64,000 nt of DNA from an uncultured Acidimicrobiales bacterium. Lineage in GTDB: Bacteria > Actinomycetota > Acidimicrobiia > Acidimicrobiales > UBA8190. The stretch spans positions 29,987 to 93,986 of the forward strand of contig CAVXRN010000001.1 in assembly GCA_963764205.1 (NCBI GenBank), given 5' to 3'. The position numbers and the translations under genes were made by a program. The stretch's first letter is position 1, and every line of letters begins with the position of its first letter. The notes beneath the pieces were generated by a model. It saw nothing but the letters and a program-made list of their open reading frames with translations, made no database searches and had not been told where the DNA came from. Shown here piece after piece: positions 36,184-45,301 of the stretch.

Positions 36184-36734
36184 ATGGGTGCACGTGAACT
36201 GTGGGTGGAGTCCTACCAAGGTGAGATACTGGGCGAGACGCTCTTCGGGCTGCTGGCCGAGCGTCAGGAGGACGCACTGCGTCGCCATCAGCTGGAAGTG
36301 TTGACACTCCTCGAGCGAACCACCAAGGGGTGGCCGACCCCATGTTCGCGCGGCAGGGACTGGACCATGGCGACACGGCCGCCACGGTACAGGCGGCCAC
36401 CGAACTGGCCGACGCCGTGGGCACTCTGACGTGGGACGAGTTCCTCGCCTCGTTCGAAGCGGTGACGACCGAGTTCCTGGGCAAGTACCGGCAACTGGTG
36501 GAGCTTGCCGCCGACGAGACCGAACGCGCCGTGGCAACCGCGTTCGTCGCCCATGAGGAGGCCCTTGCCGCCTTTGCCCGCCGCGCGCTGGGACAAGAAG
36601 CAGGGGAGCCGCTCCAGGCGATCCTCGCTCTCCCGCACGTCGTCGCAGCACTACCCGCAGAGTGGCGCGTCACCGGCGACGTGCCGATGACTCTACGTCT
36701 GGCTCAGACGGACTCCACCCGAATCAGTGACTGA
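36184..36734 (+). pseudogene. hypothetical helical protein, frame broken at a G4 run
   Basis: MGARELWVESYQGEILGETLFGLLAERQEDALRRHQLEVLTLLERTTKG is in the frame of ORF 35680..36429. It continues as ADPMFARQGLDHG...FVAHEEALAAFARRALG in ORF 36330..36734. The break is at 36327-36330, and one extra G restores TTKGVADPMF. Confidence 0.55.
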
Positions 36735-36879
36735 TGGCCCGTCGCTCGTCCATCGCCCCAGGGCCTCGAGCTGACCCACATCTCCATCACCCACGGTCGC
36801 GCCACCTGGGGCGACCACGTCACTGACGCCGAGTACGGACTCCGATGTAGCCCACAAAGGTGAGCGGAAGCTTCCTGGG

Positions 36880-37182
36880 TCAGGCACTCGCAACGATCTC
36901 GAGGATCTCCGCACTGTCGAGTGACACGGGCGCATCCGCGGGCATGTCGGTGCTGCGCCGTCCCATCTCTGCTTGTGCGTTGGCGAGGCTGTCGAACAGC
37001 TCCACCGAGCTGCCGGTACGGCCATCGTCCGAGTGCATCCAGTACCCGGCGACAAATCCCGTCGCTGCCTTGGCTCCTGGCACGACCTCCGTCGTGAGCA
37101 TCTTCGTGGCCGACTCTTCGAAGCCGGCCTTGAACGTCACGCGGACGACGATGGCGTGCGTGGGTGTGCCTGCCATGTCCAA
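36880..37182 (-). CDS. ABM-fold (antibiotic-biosynthesis-monooxygenase-like) protein
   Basis: A 100-aa ORF with AIVVRVTFKAGFEESATKML...GYWMHSDDGRTGSSVELFDSLANAQ. Confidence 0.6.
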   Translation of the reverse strand: MDMAGTPTHAIVVRVTFKAGFEESATKMLTTEVVPGAKAATGFVAGYWMHSDDGRTGSSVELFDSLANAQAEMGRRSTDMPADAPVSLDSAEILEIVASA

Positions 37183-37268
37183 CCTCCCTCAGGCGTCGGT
37201 GAGCTCTTCGGCCTTCTTCCGCTCATTCGCCGCCGTTCGTGACGATGGATCACCGGGCGGTTGACTGC

Positions 37269-37681
37269 CTAGTGGGGCCACGGATCGTCGAGGACGCCCA
37301 GCTGAATGAACGGGCCGAGATTGTCGGCTCCGATCCATTCCCTCACGACCTTGTCGCCCTCGAAGTGCATGATCGTGACCACCCAGTCGTCGATGGCGCG
37401 CCCGTTGGGGCCCGTCCCAGGAATCCTCCTGTGTCTGTGCCGCGGAGGGTGGCTCTGAGGACGGCCGAGTCGTCAGCCACCATCAGCTCTTCGACGTCCA
37501 TGCGGAGGTCGGGAAACGCCTGGTGGTAGCGGCGGATCGGCTCGAGTCGGGCGGAGGGACCCGTCCCGAACGGGTTGACGTAGTTCTCGCCGTAGAGGTC
37601 GGAGGCCGCGTCGTAGTTCTTGTGATTCCAGACCTCGTCGACGAATCTCTGCACCCGGCTCTCGCACTCGGCCACGTTCAC
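37269..37681 (-). pseudogene. SnoaL-like ester cyclase, frame broken
   Basis: ORF 37343..37681 gives RVQRFVDEVWNHKNYDAASDLYGENYV...LRGTDTGGFLGRAPTG and then junk. The next frame reads IDDWVVTIMHFEGDKVVREWIGADNLGPFIQLGVLDDPWPH with its stop at 37269-37271. The break is near 37395-37403, next to a C3/G3 run. Confidence 0.7.
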
Positions 37682-37791
37682 CGTTCACCCCGTTCTCGAG
37701 TCGTGGAGACGCGACACTACCGGCAGGCGAGTCCAGGAAACGGAGGCCAATCGGAAGTTAGGAAACGTGTGCGGCTTCGATAATGCAGCCG

Positions 37792-38064
37792 CTACTGCTG
37801 GACAAGGTCGACGATCGGCATGATGGCGGGGGGCTGCGCCAGCTCGATGCCGAGCTCCTCCATGACCGGCCCGAGGTAGGTCAGGAACGCGTCGAAGGCC
37901 TCCTGGCTGTCCCAGACATCGAAGACCTGAAGCTGGCCATCCTCACCGAAGCACGAGTGGAGCTTCATGGCGCTTTCGGGTGCCCCAGCCTCACTGAGAC
38001 GGTCGCGTCCCTTGGTGTGCTGCTCACGGGTCATGTTCTTGGTCACGATATAGACGGCAATCAC
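37792..38064 (-). CDS. small hypothetical protein (paralog of 42349..42648)
   Basis: It shares the string VFDVWDSQEAFDAFL with VVDVWESREAFERFV in the paralog. The start is GTG. Confidence 0.55.
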   Translation of the reverse strand: MIAVYIVTKNMTREQHTKGRDRLSEAGAPESAMKLHSCFGEDGQLQVFDVWDSQEAFDAFLTYLGPVMEELGIELAQPPAIMPIVDLVQQ

Positions 38065-38375
38065 GGGAGGTGAGCTCCTTTCGGTCGGCTATACCCACCA
38101 TTCGTCGGTGGGCGCTCGGCTGGATCACTGCGGAGCGACACACCTCGCGCTCTTGCTCCTCCACCACACCCCGGCACCCAGGTTCTTGACCTGCTGTCGG
38201 ATTACTGCGGCGTGCGCTGGGAGGTCCCGTCGCCGCGAAGTGGCGTCTGATATACAAAGTGGGTACCCAGTGATCGATCGGCGTTGGCAGCCCGTTCTTG
38301 TTTCGGCAAAGCTCCGGTCATGGAGGTCACTCCCTTTCCCCGGGGGACGCACGCCGCTCGGAGCGCGTAGAGAAG

Positions 38376-39264
38376 ATGGCTGTCCTCCTCGCACTCCTAG
38401 CCGCCTGCGCTTTTGCCCTCGGCAACGTCCTTCAGCAGAGGGGGACCTTGGAAGCCCCGGCGACAGAAGGCGATCCTCGCTTCCTCGTGCAGATCCTCAG
38501 CCGTCCGGTGTGGCTGGCCGGAGCTGGGCTGCAGGCGAGTGGGTGGGTGCCCAGGCCGCCGCCCTTGACCGGGATCGTTACTGGTCGTGCAGTCGCTCAC
38601 CTCGTTGAGTCTCGTGATCGCATTGCCACTCGGCGCCCACTTCACCAACCAGCAGATCAGCCGTCGGGTCACCATCGGGGCGGTGACGATGGTGATCGGG
38701 ATCGCGTTGTTCCTGTCGTTGGGCACGCCTCAAGACGGCACGTCTACTCCCAGCGAGGCGACCTGGTGGGAAGCGATCACAACGTCGCTCGTCGTTGGCG
38801 GAATCCTCGCCGGTCTGGGGCGTCGCCGATCCGGGGCTGCGAGAGCACTGCTCTTCGGCTCAGCGGCGGGTGTCGCCTTCGGCCTTCAATCGGCAGTCAC
38901 CAAGGTCTTCATGACCCAGATCGGTCATGGCATCTCGGCCCTGCTGTCCAGTTGGACGATCTACGCCATGATCGTGTCGGCCCTGGCGGGGTTCGTCCTG
39001 CAGCAGTCAGCGTTCAAGACCGGCGTGCTGGCACCTGCCATGGCGTCCAGCAACGCGGTGACCCTGTTCGCCACCGTGGTCCTCGGCGTCACCGTGTTCG
39101 GAGAGACCATCTCGAACGGCAATGCCCGGCTCGCCCCCGCCATCATCGGGCTCGGGGTCGCCGTCGTGGGAATCGTCTTGCTCGCCGGGGCCGCGGCGCC
39201 CCCCGTCGACCTCGAACCCGGGACAACGCGACCGCCGCTACGAGGGCAGGAGCACGCCCCTTGA
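38376..39264 (+). pseudogene. DMT-superfamily transporter with two frame breaks
   Basis: MAVLLALLAACAFALGNVLQQRG...GLQASGWV is in frame 0. A short piece (QAAALDR) follows in frame 2, then SLLVVQSLTSLSLVIALPLG... in ORF 38587..39264. The breaks are at the C3 run 38550-38552 and the G3 run 38571-38573, and each is fixed by adding one base. Confidence 0.7.
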
Positions 39265-39411
39265 GACGAATGGGCTACCGGTTGACCGAGGACCTGGCCG
39301 ATCACGCCATCGACCTCGTCCAGATCGACGTCGGCGACGACAACCACGACCACTTGGTGGATCCCGACGACCTGATCCGGGTGGCGATCTCACGGCAGTA
39401 GCCGCCGCCAA

Positions 39412-39732
39412 TCACCCCCCCGGTGCGCGATAGTCGCCTCCGACCTTGACTGCAGCGTCGACTTCTTCGGGGGTCAAGAGCACGGTGGTCTTGATGTTGA
39501 CCTTGCCGCTGGCACCCACGAGTAGCGCGATACCGGCCGCCGTCTTGTTGTCCGGCAGATCCATGATCGTGACCACATCCGTCTCGCCGAAGGCGTAGTA
39601 GAACACGTCGAGCTTTCCGCCGACGCTCGAACACGCCTTTTCGACGACGGATCGACGAGCAGAACCGCCCTCCTGGCGGAGTCCCTGGACCCCATCGCCG
39701 ACATAGGACGCTTGGACGAGGTACTTCGGCAT
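39412..39732 (-). CDS. GYD-domain protein
   Basis: 106 aa from ATG 39732, which follows aaggagg: MPKYLVQASYVGDGVQGL...YYAFGETDVVTIMDLPDNKTAAGIAL. Confidence 0.8.
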   Translation of the reverse strand: MPKYLVQASYVGDGVQGLRQEGGSARRSVVEKACSSVGGKLDVFYYAFGETDVVTIMDLPDNKTAAGIALLVGASGKVNIKTTVLLTPEEVDAAVKVGGDYRAPGG

Positions 39733-40259
39733 CACTGCCTCCTTGGTCGCAGACCGGTTGAGTCTGACACCGGTCGGCTCGAGTGGCAACGGACGCCAGA
39801 CCCCGTGTGCTTGCGTTCCTGCGAGCGCAAGGCGTCAAGGCATGCGATCGTGTCGGATCGACTTTCAATCTGACAATGACGCACACCGGCATGACGCCTC
39901 CTCCTGGGTGACTGTTCCAGGATGGTGTGTTCGGCGCGCGTGGATCGGTCGGATCACTCGGCCTCCCGGAAATCCTCTCCCGTGCTGAGCAGAAGTCTCG
40001 GAATCCGGAAAGAGGGGCGGCGGGACGGGTTCCGTGCGTCGCCAACGGGCACCAACCCAAGCCCGTCGCCGCCGTAGCCCCTCTGGTTGCCTCGGAGATG
40101 GGGGTTGTCGCCGAGACCACCACAAGCGTACGCCGATTGCTCAGAAGAAACTCAGCCCTGACGCTCGGCGCGCCTGAGGCGCAGCCCAGAGGCTCAGTCC
40201 GGAGGCCTGACGCCACCTCGTCCCGCCCCGGTCGTGCCTCCTTGGCCCCGGTCGTGGCG

Positions 40260-40520
40260 CTACGCCCGACGACTCCACCGCAGCGAGCCGCCGGCCTTCT
40301 CTTCGAGGATCAGCCCCACGTCCTCAGCGAATGCCGCAGCCACGTCACGCGACCCTATGAGGTGCTCCGGCTCATTGGCGGCGTACAGCACGTACAAATG
40401 CTCACCGTCCTCTTGCCAGATCACTCCGGTGATCTCGCGTTCGGTCGGGCTCGCGGCTTGCTGTGTTCGTGGAGATTCGCCCCCGTGGTGTTGAGACACG
40501 ATTCTCCCGTCCGAGTCCAA
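40260..40520 (-). CDS. hypothetical protein (weak)
   Basis: An 86-aa ORF. The C-terminal two-thirds look protein-like (ITGVIWQEDGEHLYVLYAANEPEHLIGSRDVAAAFAEDVGLILEEK). I recognise no family. Confidence 0.3.
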   Translation of the reverse strand: MDSDGRIVSQHHGGESPRTQQAASPTEREITGVIWQEDGEHLYVLYAANEPEHLIGSRDVAAAFAEDVGLILEEKAGGSLRWSRRA

Positions 40521-40628
40521 TGAGCTTCATCAGCAACCGACCCCTAAATGGGGGAACTCCGTAGAGCGTCGCTCGCGAGTCGACGCACACGGTGGACGAT
40601 CAGCTCGCATCGGTTAAGGGTGGTCCCG

Positions 40629-40655
40629 GCGACCCGAGGGGGGGCCACGGGTCGC
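40629..40655. other. GC hairpin with a G7/C7 loop
   Basis: The stem is gcgacccg / cgggtcgc (8 bp, perfect) and the loop is agggggggcca. Confidence 0.7.
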
Positions 40656-41095
40656 ACGAGACGACACCCTCATACGGCAGTCCCAACGGGTATCGGCGGA
40701 GAGGCACCGCTCATCCCGTTTCAGCTCATCACCGACCAGCAGCACGGTCGGCGGCACTCCTCCCTTGTCTCCGTGTCCGTGTGAGGTGGTCGAAATGCCA
40801 GTGTTCAGACTCCCGCTGTTGACCGAGGTCGACCAGGGACCGGAGTCAACACGGTAAGGGTGCTCCCCGTCTGCTGGGGATAACAAGAGGGGAAAGTTGG
40901 GGATTGTCCTGCACGCGCCTGTCAGAGTGGCCTGTCGTCGGTTCAGTCATTGCTGTCATGACGCCGTCGGAGTCGCTCGCAGCGAGTGCTGGCGAAGGCG
41001 GCGTTAGTCGCCGGCGGCCCGACCGAGGTCGCAGGCCGGCCGGGAGTGCGCTACGAGCTCGACCTGGCGTGCCGTGGGGCCGATCCCGTCACGCG

Positions 41096-41449
41096 CTAGC
41101 TCTGCGTCCTGTCTGCCTCGGCCGCGAGGCGCGACGCGAGTTGACGCGAGATCCCGAGGACTCGCCCGACCTCGCTCATGGAGGCTCCCTCCTCCTTCCC
41201 CAGCGCGAACAGTGCCAAGCGAAGCTGATGGCGTGCGGCCTCGAACTCCTCGATGGCCTCGGTGACCTGACGGCGCTCGGACGGAATGCTCGTGCCCTTC
41301 GAAGCGGAGATCGCCGGCGCTCCGGTTTCGAGGCGCTGCACGATGGTGGCCATGGCCTTCTCGTAGCGAAGAAGCTGTTCACGCAGGTGAACGGAGCTCT
41401 CGACGAGTTGCTCGATCCGGTCCACCAAGTGCAGTCGTTTCGATGTCAT
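41096..41449 (-). CDS. coiled-coil + C-terminal HTH (sigma-70 region-4-like) protein
   Basis: A 117-aa ORF with ...GASMSEVGRVLGISRQLASRLAAEA at the C-terminus. Confidence 0.65.
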   Translation of the reverse strand: MTSKRLHLVDRIEQLVESSVHLREQLLRYEKAMATIVQRLETGAPAISASKGTSIPSERRQVTEAIEEFEAARHQLRLALFALGKEEGASMSEVGRVLGISRQLASRLAAEADRTQS

Positions 41450-41486
41450 TGGCGTTTCGATGTCATTGGCGTTTCGATGTCATGGC
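41437..41486. repeat. 17-bp direct repeat x3 spanning the HTH gene start codon
   Basis: gtttcgatgtcattggc occurs at 41437-41453 and at 41454-41470. A third copy, gtttcgatgtcatggc, lies at 41471-41486. Confidence 0.95.
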
Positions 41487-41681
41487 TCGTGACCAGGTAC
41501 GACTTGGATCGACGCCACGACATCCCCCGTCGTCCGGCCTCCACGGTCATGTGCGTCCGGCCGGCCTGGACCACATGCTGACGATCTGTCAACAGATGTG
41601 GACATGGCGACTATTATGGGTTTCGACGTGTCCATCGACAACCCGCAGGTGAAGCCCGCTCTGCGCGGGAGTGGAATCGTG

Positions 41682-42308
41682 ATGGATGAGAAACTGGAGC
41701 CCACTTCGCCTTCGTTGGCTGACGAACACCAAGGGCTCACCCGTACTCGCATTCGGAGTGCCGCCATGGAGGTCGTCGCCCGGCGGGGGTTCGACGCCAC
41801 CGTGGCGGAGATCGCCGAAGTCTCGGGTGTGAGTCCCCGCACCATCTTCCGGCACTACACCAGCCACGACGAGTTGATCCTGGCGACGGTCAAGGACATG
41901 TTCGAGGCCTGTGGCCGTCCTGCCAACGAGCTGGGCACCGACGTCGACGGCTGGCTCGACAGCTTGGCGGTGACAGTCCACACGAGGAACGCCGAGATCA
42001 TCGGGGAGGCGTTCTGGGACATCCACGCTCCAGTCCGCGACGGCTCGGTGGTGTTCGCCGAGCTGGAGACACTTCGACATGACTCTCGCGTGAGAGGGAT
42101 CAACTACCTCGTCAGGCTGGCCTGGAAGGCCGCCGGCGGGTCGGGAGACCCACCGACCGACCTGACACTCGCGTTCGCGTTCAACTTCTCCGCGTTTGCC
42201 ACGCAGGCCCTCATGATCGACTTCGACCAGACACCGGCGCAGATCGGGATGCTGACTGCCGACATCCTGAAAACGGCCCTCCACCAAGCGGTGGATCGTC
42301 AGCGGTAG
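41682..42308 (+). CDS. TetR family transcriptional regulator
   Basis: RIRSAAMEVVARRGFDATVAEIAEVSGVSPRTIFRHYTSHDEL. The start is uncertain: ATG 41682, or the upstream in-frame GTG 41598 or ATG 41604. Confidence 0.85.
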   Translation: MDEKLEPTSPSLADEHQGLTRTRIRSAAMEVVARRGFDATVAEIAEVSGVSPRTIFRHYTSHDELILATVKDMFEACGRPANELGTDVDGWLDSLAVTVHTRNAEIIGEAFWDIHAPVRDGSVVFAELETLRHDSRVRGINYLVRLAWKAAGGSGDPPTDLTLAFAFNFSAFATQALMIDFDQTPAQIGMLTADILKTALHQAVDRQR

Positions 42309-42348
42309 GCGGTGCCCGCTCGACGCGGCGTCCACGGTGCAGCGTCGA

Positions 42349-42648
42349 TCACGTCCGATTGCGCCCTCCTGCGAGGTAGTTGTGGACCTCGTAGAACCGG
42401 ATCTCGGGCTCGGATGCGATCCCGACGTCTTCGTAGACGGGACGGAGCGTCTGCTCGACGAAACGCTCGAATGCCTCTCGCGACTCCCACACGTCCACGA
42501 CGCGAAATCCGTCCGCGGTGGCGGTGGACCAGTGAAACAGCTCCTGGTGCCACGCGGGGCCGCCGGGGAGACTCCCGATCCGCTCGTTGATCTCGTCGTA
42601 TTGCTCGATCGTGGCGCCACGAAAATCGAGTTGTACGGCCACTGTCAC
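42349..42648 (-). CDS. small hypothetical alpha+beta protein (paralog of 37792..38064)
   Basis: A 99-aa ORF: MTVAVQLDFRGATIEQYDEINERIG...VVDVWESREAFERFVEQTL. Confidence 0.6.
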   Translation of the reverse strand: MTVAVQLDFRGATIEQYDEINERIGSLPGGPAWHQELFHWSTATADGFRVVDVWESREAFERFVEQTLRPVYEDVGIASEPEIRFYEVHNYLAGGRNRT

Positions 42649-42813
42649 TGCGACCCTCCCGCTCTTCCCCCAAAGGTCGGTCCTGCACCGCTCATGCTAA
42701 GCGTTCAGGATCGTCATTGGTAGAGGGCGTGCCCGTGCTGCAAGCCTGCCAATCCGTTGTGCCAACGAGGCAGACGCGCATGACACGGCGATCGTCTCAG
42801 GCCACTCCCAGGG

Positions 42814-43092
42814 TCAATCGAGGGCGCGGCCAACCCAGAACCCGGGTGTGCTCTCACGCCAGACAACCCGGAACATGCGACGGTCAACTGCGGCGATGGC
42901 TTCTTGCAACGTGCGACAGCGCAACCCGAAGCCGGCTCCGATCACGGTGCACGTGGTGTCGTCACACTCGATGACGACGGCAGAGGCGCGCTCCCGGACA
43001 CCGCTCTCCTTGGTGGGGAGAGGTGCCAGTCGAGGAGGTCTCGGTTCGATCAGCGTTGAGGAGGTCCGGCTCATGGCTGGTGTCGTCGGCAT
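42814..43092 (-). CDS. hypothetical protein (weak)
   Basis: A 92-aa ORF whose C-terminal half is protein-like (AVVIECDDTTCTVIGAGFGLRCRTLQEAIAAVDRRMF). Confidence 0.3.
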   Translation of the reverse strand: MPTTPAMSRTSSTLIEPRPPRLAPLPTKESGVRERASAVVIECDDTTCTVIGAGFGLRCRTLQEAIAAVDRRMFRVVWRESTPGFWVGRALD

Positions 43093-43142
43093 CGCCAGTC
43101 GGGGCCTTGACCCGTATCACTCTTCGTGATTTTTCTAACCAC

Positions 43143-44204
43143 TCATCCGGACAAATACGGCTGTTCTCCTGCCCAGGTGAAGTCGACGGCTGACGATGCG
43201 GTGGTCTCGACGACGAGCTCGGTGGCGCTCGCTCGATCGTCTTGCGGTGTGCCCACCCATCCTTCGCCGGCGACGCAGGGGGTGCAGGCCAGGGGGAGGA
43301 GGATGTTCTGCCGATGTCCGAAGCACCCGCCCGGGTGTGTGGCAGAACAGTTGGTGTTGGGCGAGCCGGGCCCGTCGTCGTACATCCAGTAGTACAGGAC
43401 CTCGAGCGGACTCCCGACCGATTGGGCCAGGTTGCCGCCCCACGTAGTGGCGGAAGAGCCGGCGGGAGGAGAGGGGTCGGTCCCCGCCATCGCAGCGCGG
43501 GTGGCCGCCGCGTCGAGAGCCGAGCCCATGGCCGACAACGGTGCGAGGCCGCGCACGACGCGCTCGAGATTGGTGGCGACGAAAAGCTGTTGCGCGGGGA
43601 TGAGCGCGCTCCAGTTGCTGGGCAAGGTCATCGGTGCGATCCCTTCGACCGAGCGAGCGTTGTTGATGGCGGTGAGGACCTGCCCGGTACAGAGCCACGA
43701 TGCGCTGGATGTCGTCGATCCGCACGACGTCAGGAAATCAGGAGATGGGGGAAGGTTCGTCGTGACGATCGGCACCGGTACCGCCGGGAGGGCGTGCGCA
43801 TGCAGTGACGTCGTCGGGGGAGTGGCAGGAAGCGCGATGATCGTCGACGAAGGCGGAGCCGTGTGTGAGGGGGCGTCGATGGGCGCGCGAGGTGTCGAGA
43901 TCGCCGGGGTGGTCGTCGGGGGGGCGGTCGTCGCCGGGCCGACGGGCGAGGTGGGGCTCGTCCCCGGGGTGGGCAGTGTCGAGCGCGGCGTGCTCGTGGT
44001 CGACGAGACGACGACGTCGCCGTCTCCCTGAGCGCGCGTCGCAAGGTGCACCAAGGGGCCTGCGCCCGCCCCGGTGATGATGTACGCCGCCATGGCGACG
44101 TTCGTGAGGATGACCGCGGTCCCGGAGATGAACTTCCAGGTGATCCGGGCATGGGACGGTGCGGGGGCGGCCCACTCACTGCGCCCGCTGTGTGGACTGA
44201 CCAA
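43143..44204 (-). CDS. membrane-anchored protein with a Pro/Thr-rich linker and a CAP/SCP-like C-terminal domain (tentative)
   Basis: It has a TM helix (FISGTAVILTNVAMAAYIITG) and a PT-rich ~120-aa linker. The C-terminal domain has INNARSVEGIAPMTLPSNW...NLERVVRGLAPL...CFGHRQNIL. The start at 44204 is TTG and uncertain. Confidence 0.6.
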   Translation of the reverse strand: MVSPHSGRSEWAAPAPSHARITWKFISGTAVILTNVAMAAYIITGAGAGPLVHLATRAQGDGDVVVSSTTSTPRSTLPTPGTSPTSPVGPATTAPPTTTPAISTPRAPIDAPSHTAPPSSTIIALPATPPTTSLHAHALPAVPVPIVTTNLPPSPDFLTSCGSTTSSASWLCTGQVLTAINNARSVEGIAPMTLPSNWSALIPAQQLFVATNLERVVRGLAPLSAMGSALDAAATRAAMAGTDPSPPAGSSATTWGGNLAQSVGSPLEVLYYWMYDDGPGSPNTNCSATHPGGCFGHRQNILLPLACTPCVAGEGWVGTPQDDRASATELVVETTASSAVDFTWAGEQPYLSG

Positions 44205-44338
44205 TGCCGCACCCTCGCATCCCGTGGCTCGGCATCATTATGGACGGTGCGCGTCGGTGTCATGACGATGGCGCGCGCCGTTCACCGTTCCGTCGCGGTC
44301 TGGTCGCACTCCGTTCACCGCGGTGCCGCCGGGCACCG

Positions 44339-45301
44339 TCAGGCGTGGACGGCCGACACGCTGCCCGATCGTTGGATGACGCCTACGTCGTCGCCGAGGT
44401 ACGAGGCCACGACTCGTGCGTCGGACAACACGGCGGACGGTGACCCCCGCGTGACCACCCGACCGAGGTCCAACGCCACGATCTCGTCCGAGACGGCACT
44501 GATGAGCGGCATGTCGTGCTCGATGATCACGATCGAGCACCCGGTGGCGCGCTGCATGTCCTTGAGTAGGGGGCCGAGTGCCTCGGTCTCTTTTTGGGCG
44601 ACACCGGACGACGGCTCGTCGAGAAGCAGCACGGTCGGGTTGTGGGCGATGGCCATGGTCAGGTCGACGATGCGCCGCACACCGGTGGAGAGCTCGGACA
44701 CGAACTTGTCCCGGTAGAACTGGAGGTTCATCAGCTCGATGAGCTCCGACACCCGCTCGGTGACCTCACGCTCGGACTGCCGGATCATGGGGAGGTCGAG
44801 CAGTGCCGCCAGATGGTCGCGCGAGACGATGTGTCGTTCGAGACCCATGGCGATGTTCTCCGCGACGGTGAGCGACGAGAAGATGCGAGCGTCCTGGAAC
44901 GATCGCCCCAGGCCGGCCACCGACCGGCGGCTGGCCGACCACGTGCCGATGTCGACGCCGCCCAGCTCGATCCGACCGCCGTCGACGGGGAGGACCCCGG
45001 AGATGAGGTCCAAGACCGTCGTCTTGCCCGCGCCGTTGGGACCGATCAGGCCGAGCGTCTCGCCCCGACGCAGCTCGAGGGAGACCTCGTCGACGGCGAC
45101 GATCCCGCCGAAGCGCTTGATGAGGTCGCGCGTCGCAAGGACGACCGGCTGCGACACATGGGGATCGGCTGCACCGTTCTGAGACGTCGGGGCGCCGAAC
45201 CGCACGGCAGGGGCGGGCGCACCGTTGCCGACGGTGGTGCCGTTGCCGACAGGCGTACCGTTGCCGCGTTCCTTCGAGGAAGACCGATCGCAGGAGGTCA
45301 C
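44339..45301 (-). CDS. ABC transporter ATP-binding domain, LivG-like
   Basis: It has GPNGAGKTT, GLGRSFQ, LSTGVRRIVDL, LLLDEPSSG and IEHDM. The N-terminus is a G/N/T-rich linker. The upstream boundary (GTG 45301) is unclear; see the finding on the missing stop. Confidence 0.85.
   Translation of the reverse strand: MTSCDRSSSKERGNGTPVGNGTTVGNGAPAPAVRFGAPTSQNGAADPHVSQPVVLATRDLIKRFGGIVAVDEVSLELRRGETLGLIGPNGAGKTTVLDLISGVLPVDGGRIELGGVDIGTWSASRRSVAGLGRSFQDARIFSSLTVAENIAMGLERHIVSRDHLAALLDLPMIRQSEREVTERVSELIELMNLQFYRDKFVSELSTGVRRIVDLTMAIAHNPTVLLLDEPSSGVAQKETEALGPLLKDMQRATGCSIVIIEHDMPLISAVSDEIVALDLGRVVTRGSPSAVLSDARVVASYLGDDVGVIQRSGSVSAVHA

Noticed and set aside
39302-40216. A 304-aa minus-strand ORF spanning the GYD gene region.
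   Set aside because: It is out of frame with the well-supported GYD ORF, which has a strong SD and family motifs. Its composition is junk-like.
40904-41581. A 225-aa plus-strand ORF.
   Set aside because: It is antisense to the HTH gene, has R/S/P-rich low-complexity composition, and belongs to no family I recognise.
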